Shown here: one piece after another, positions 60,695-64,000 of the stretch | Layout of the letters: each line of letters starts with the position of its first letter | How positions within the stretch are numbered: the stretch's first letter is position 1 | Source of the DNA: a bacterium | GTDB taxonomy: Bacteria > Zhuqueibacterota > Zhuqueibacteria > Oceanimicrobiales > Oceanimicrobiaceae | NCBI GenBank assembly: GCA_046757025.1 | Contig: JBHHXN010000009.1 | Span: 5,738-69,737, forward strand | Direction of reading: 5' to 3' | Length of the DNA: 64,000 bases | Translations under genes and position numbers: made by a program | The notes under the pieces: model-generated | What the model saw: only the letters and a program-made list of their open reading frames with translations | Database searches by the model: none | Told to the model about the DNA's origin: nothing

Positions 60695-63001
60695 ATGAAC
60701 CTCCCCCAAATCCTCGACCAGCTAAAAAGCGATTCTAAATTCATGTCCAACGTCACCGCCTGGCAAAGGCTGCCGGCGCAGGAAGCGCAATTCGCGGATT
60801 ATCCAGCAAATATGCATCCGGCGCTCATTCAGGCCATAAAAAAACGGGGCGTTCAAAAACTGTACACCCATCAGGCGGAAGCCGTGCGTTTGATATTGGA
60901 GAAGAAAAACGTGGTAATTGTGACTCCCACCGCCAGCGGAAAAACTTTGTGCTACAATCTGCCGGTCCTGAACAACGTCTTAAACCATCCGGAAGCGCGA
61001 GCGCTTTACCTGTTTCCAACCAAAGCGCTGTCTCAGGATCAGGTGGCGGAATTGCATGAGCTGGTTAAGGAGATGAGCGAAAAAATCGCCTTCGATATTA
61101 AAACCTACACATTCGACGGCGACACGCCCGCGTCCGCGCGCAAAGCCATCCGCAGCTCCGGTCACATCGTGGTGACGAATCCGGATATGCTGCACCAGGG
61201 CATTTTGCCGCATCACACCAAATGGGTGAAGCTGTTCGAAAATTTGCAATTCATCGTCATCGATGAGCTGCATAATTATCGTGGAATATTTGGCAGTCAC
61301 CTTGCCAATTTGTTGCGGCGAATACGGCGTATTTGTAAATTTTATGGTTCTAAACCGCAATTTATTTGCTGCTCCGCCACCATCGCCAATCCGCAAGAGC
61401 TCGCCGAGCAAATCACCGAACAGGTCGTGGCATTGGTGGATCGAAACGGCGCCCCGCGCGGTGAAAAGCATTTTATCTTGTACAACCCGCCCGTGGTCAA
61501 CCGCGAATTGGGCATACGCAAATCGTACATCAAAGAAGCGCGGTCCATTGCCCAAAAATTTTTGTTAAACAATATTCAAACAATTGTGTTTGCACGCAGT
61601 CGGTTGCGGGTTGAAATCTTGGTGACCTATTTAAAAAACCTCATGCGCAAGGCGAAGAAATCCGCCGAGTTCATACGCGGTTACCGCGGCGGGTATTTGC
61701 CCGGCGAACGCCGGGAAATCGAACGCGGTTTGCGCAGCGGCGAGATTCTCGGCGTGGTCAGTACCAACGCCCTGGAGCTGGGCATCGACATCGGCCAACT
61801 GCAAGCGGCGGTGATGGCGGGCTATCCCGGCACCATTGCCAGCGCCTGGCAGCAGGCCGGGCGTTCCGGCCGGCGTTCCGAAGCGTCGGTGGCGATTCTG
61901 GTGGCTTCCAGCGCACCCATCGATCAGTACCTGGTCAACCACACCGAATATTTTTTTGGTAAGCCGCCGGAATCCGGCGTGGTGGATGCAAACAATCTGG
62001 TGATTTTACTGGACCACATCAAATGCGCGGCGTTCGAGCTGCCATTTGAGGAGCATGAAATATTTGGCGTGCAAACCACGCGGCAGATTTTAGATTACTT
62101 AGTCGAAAACCGGGTGCTGCATTATGTGCCGCCCGCCAAAACCGGCCAGGGTCAAATCAGCCTGCCAGGAAAATACCACTGGATGACCGACGCTTATCCA
62201 GCCGAAGCGGTGAGCCTGCGCAGCGCTACGCCGGACAACGTGGTCATCATCGATACGACCTATGAAGAGCGCGTGATCGGCGAAATCAATCTCCTGGATG
62301 CGCCCATTATGCTGCACGACGACGCCATTTACATTCACGAAAGTAAACAGTACCATGTGGACAAGCTGGACTGGGATCGGCAAAAGGCGTACGTGCATCA
62401 GGTGCAAGTGGACTACTACACCGACGCCCACACCGACACCAGTCTGCGCGTACTGGATGTCATCGAAGAAACCGACATTGCCACCGGCAAAAAAGGCTAC
62501 GGTGAAGTCAACGCAAACTGGCAAACTACGAAATATAAAAAGCTGAAATTTGAGAGCCATGAAAACATCGGTTTCGGAAAAGTGGAGCTGCCGGAGTTAG
62601 AAATGCACACCACTGCCTACTGGTGGGAATTGCAGCCTGAAATCGGCGAGCAATTACGGATGACCGAATCCACCCTGGGAGATGGATTGAAAGCCGTGGC
62701 CAACGCTTTTGCGACGGTGGCGGCGGTGTACATGATGTGCGATCCTAAAGATCTCCGCTCGGTGCCCATGGTACGCGCGCCGCTGACGCAAAAACCCACC
62801 CTTTATATCTATGACAATCATGCCGGCGGCGTGGGGTTCAGTCAGAAGCTTTTCCACCTGCACGATGAGCTCAAAAAGGCGGCTTTGGATTTGATCGAGA
62901 GCTGCAAATGTGAAGCCGGCTGCCCATCCTGCGTCGGGCCGGTTTTGGAAGTGGGGGAGAATGGGAAGGAGAGCGCGGTGGCGTTGTTGAAGTTGAAATA
63001 G
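60695..63001 (+). CDS. SF2 helicase with C-terminal DUF1998 (MrfA/YprA/SftH-like)
   Basis: TASGKT, PTKALSQDQ, TNPDMLH, DELH, SATIANP, ALELGIDIG, QQAGRSGR, C-terminal C...CKCEAGCPSC. Confidence 0.93.
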   Translation: MNLPQILDQLKSDSKFMSNVTAWQRLPAQEAQFADYPANMHPALIQAIKKRGVQKLYTHQAEAVRLILEKKNVVIVTPTASGKTLCYNLPVLNNVLNHPEARALYLFPTKALSQDQVAELHELVKEMSEKIAFDIKTYTFDGDTPASARKAIRSSGHIVVTNPDMLHQGILPHHTKWVKLFENLQFIVIDELHNYRGIFGSHLANLLRRIRRICKFYGSKPQFICCSATIANPQELAEQITEQVVALVDRNGAPRGEKHFILYNPPVVNRELGIRKSYIKEARSIAQKFLLNNIQTIVFARSRLRVEILVTYLKNLMRKAKKSAEFIRGYRGGYLPGERREIERGLRSGEILGVVSTNALELGIDIGQLQAAVMAGYPGTIASAWQQAGRSGRRSEASVAILVASSAPIDQYLVNHTEYFFGKPPESGVVDANNLVILLDHIKCAAFELPFEEHEIFGVQTTRQILDYLVENRVLHYVPPAKTGQGQISLPGKYHWMTDAYPAEAVSLRSATPDNVVIIDTTYEERVIGEINLLDAPIMLHDDAIYIHESKQYHVDKLDWDRQKAYVHQVQVDYYTDAHTDTSLRVLDVIEETDIATGKKGYGEVNANWQTTKYKKLKFESHENIGFGKVELPELEMHTTAYWWELQPEIGEQLRMTESTLGDGLKAVANAFATVAAVYMMCDPKDLRSVPMVRAPLTQKPTLYIYDNHAGGVGFSQKLFHLHDELKKAALDLIESCKCEAGCPSCVGPVLEVGENGKESAVALLKLK

Positions 63002-63071
63002 GCATGTCTTTAATTTATTGGTAATCAAAATTTAACTTGATTAATCGCGGATTTTTTAATAAATAGTGTCC

Positions 63072-64000
63072 ATGATTGGCTCACGCATTGGACATTACCA
63101 GATTGAAGCAAAAATTGGCGAGGGCGGTATGGGTGTGGTTTATAAAGCCAAAGACACCCGCCTGCTACGTTCAGTCGCCATCAAAATTCTCCCGCAACAC
63201 TTGGTCGTGGACGAGAAAAATCGACAGCGATTTATCCACGAAGCCCGGACCGCCTCGGCATTAAATCATCCCAATATTTGTACGGTTCACGACATCGGCC
63301 AGATAGAATCCATCCATTTCATCGTGATGGAATTTATTGAGGGTGAGACTTTACGAGACATTCTGCAACAGCGCGGCTCGCTATCTGAAAAAGAAGCGGC
63401 TGCTATCAGCCGGCAAGTTTGTAGTGCCCTGTCCGCGGCGCATGACAAGGAGATTATTCATTGTGACATTAAGCCTGACAACATCATCCGCACCAAAGAT
63501 GGCCAGGTCAAAGTGATGGATTTTGGTTTAGCCAAGTTGACCACCGCACAGACGCGCCTGGATGCAAAAAGCCACGCCATGCCGGAATCGGCTTTACCGC
63601 TTGATCAATTCCAATCGTCTGTAAGTTCTCTTGAGGGTACGGCGCTCTACATGGCACCGGAACAGATTGAAAGAGCACCCGTGGATGCACGCACGGATAT
63701 TTATGCGCTTGGCGTGGTTTTGTTTGAGTTGTTGACGGGCAACCCGCCTTTCAAAGGTGAAGACAGCCTTTCTTTAATGACGGCTATTCTTGACGAAGAA
63801 CCCCCCGCGCTTTCGAAAGCCAAACCCGGCATTTCTCGCGCCATGGAAGCAATCGTACTGAAAACGCTTGCCAAATCACCTGATGAAAGGTTTCAAAGCA
63901 TTGACGAGTTAGACACAAAATTAAAGCAGATTGCATCTCCACCAGTGAAACTGACTAAAAAGAAATTAGCCGTCTGGATATCGTCTTTGATGATAGCATT
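63072..64000 (+). CDS. Hanks-type Ser/Thr protein kinase, 5' part; runs off the window
   Basis: Not in the ORF track. Manual translation MIGSRIGHYQIEAKIGEGGMGVVYKA...VAIKIL...HCDIKPDN...DFGLAK...GTALYMAPEQ, with a probable TM helix beginning at the window edge. Confidence 0.95.
   Translation, partial: MIGSRIGHYQIEAKIGEGGMGVVYKAKDTRLLRSVAIKILPQHLVVDEKNRQRFIHEARTASALNHPNICTVHDIGQIESIHFIVMEFIEGETLRDILQQRGSLSEKEAAAISRQVCSALSAAHDKEIIHCDIKPDNIIRTKDGQVKVMDFGLAKLTTAQTRLDAKSHAMPESALPLDQFQSSVSSLEGTALYMAPEQIERAPVDARTDIYALGVVLFELLTGNPPFKGEDSLSLMTAILDEEPPALSKAKPGISRAMEAIVLKTLAKSPDERFQSIDELDTKLKQIASPPVKLTKKKLAVWISSLMIA

Noticed and set aside
1-64000. CRISPR array, rRNA, prophage or intact IS
   Set aside because: No regularly spaced repeats, rRNA signatures, phage genes or transposase ORFs seen by eye

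Overview
Chromosomal window from a diderm bacterium; gene content and order suggest the FCB-associated lineages such as KSB1 or Calditrichaeota, but that placement is inference. The first ~23 kb is a minus-strand housekeeping and envelope block: uppS-tamB-like-bamA-skp-fabZ-lipoate ligase-OMP-dxr-rseP, then aminotransferase-gcvT-thiE-ftsK-lolA, and a lipid-type SDR/SCP2/FAD-oxidase group. The middle is mixed housekeeping (OmpA, mtnA, trpF, B12 radical SAM, ggt, uvrA, patatin, ptsN, tRNA-Asp, ECF sigma/anti-sigma, P5C dehydrogenase, spmAB). The most unusual stretch is 55-64 kb. It holds a 267-bp transposase-less inverted-repeat element with symmetric NrdR-box-like palindromes and a strongly folding core, sitting in front of a lipoprotein gene frameshifted at a T8 tract. 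It also holds a diverged second copy of the modC 3' end and helicase 5' end bracketing a MazEF toxin-antitoxin module. The bamA-skp-fabZ cluster lacks lpxD/lpxC/lpxA, with what looks like an lpxC tail scar just upstream of fabZ. No CRISPR array, rRNA, prophage or intact transposase was seen. All calls were made by eye; no database searches were run.
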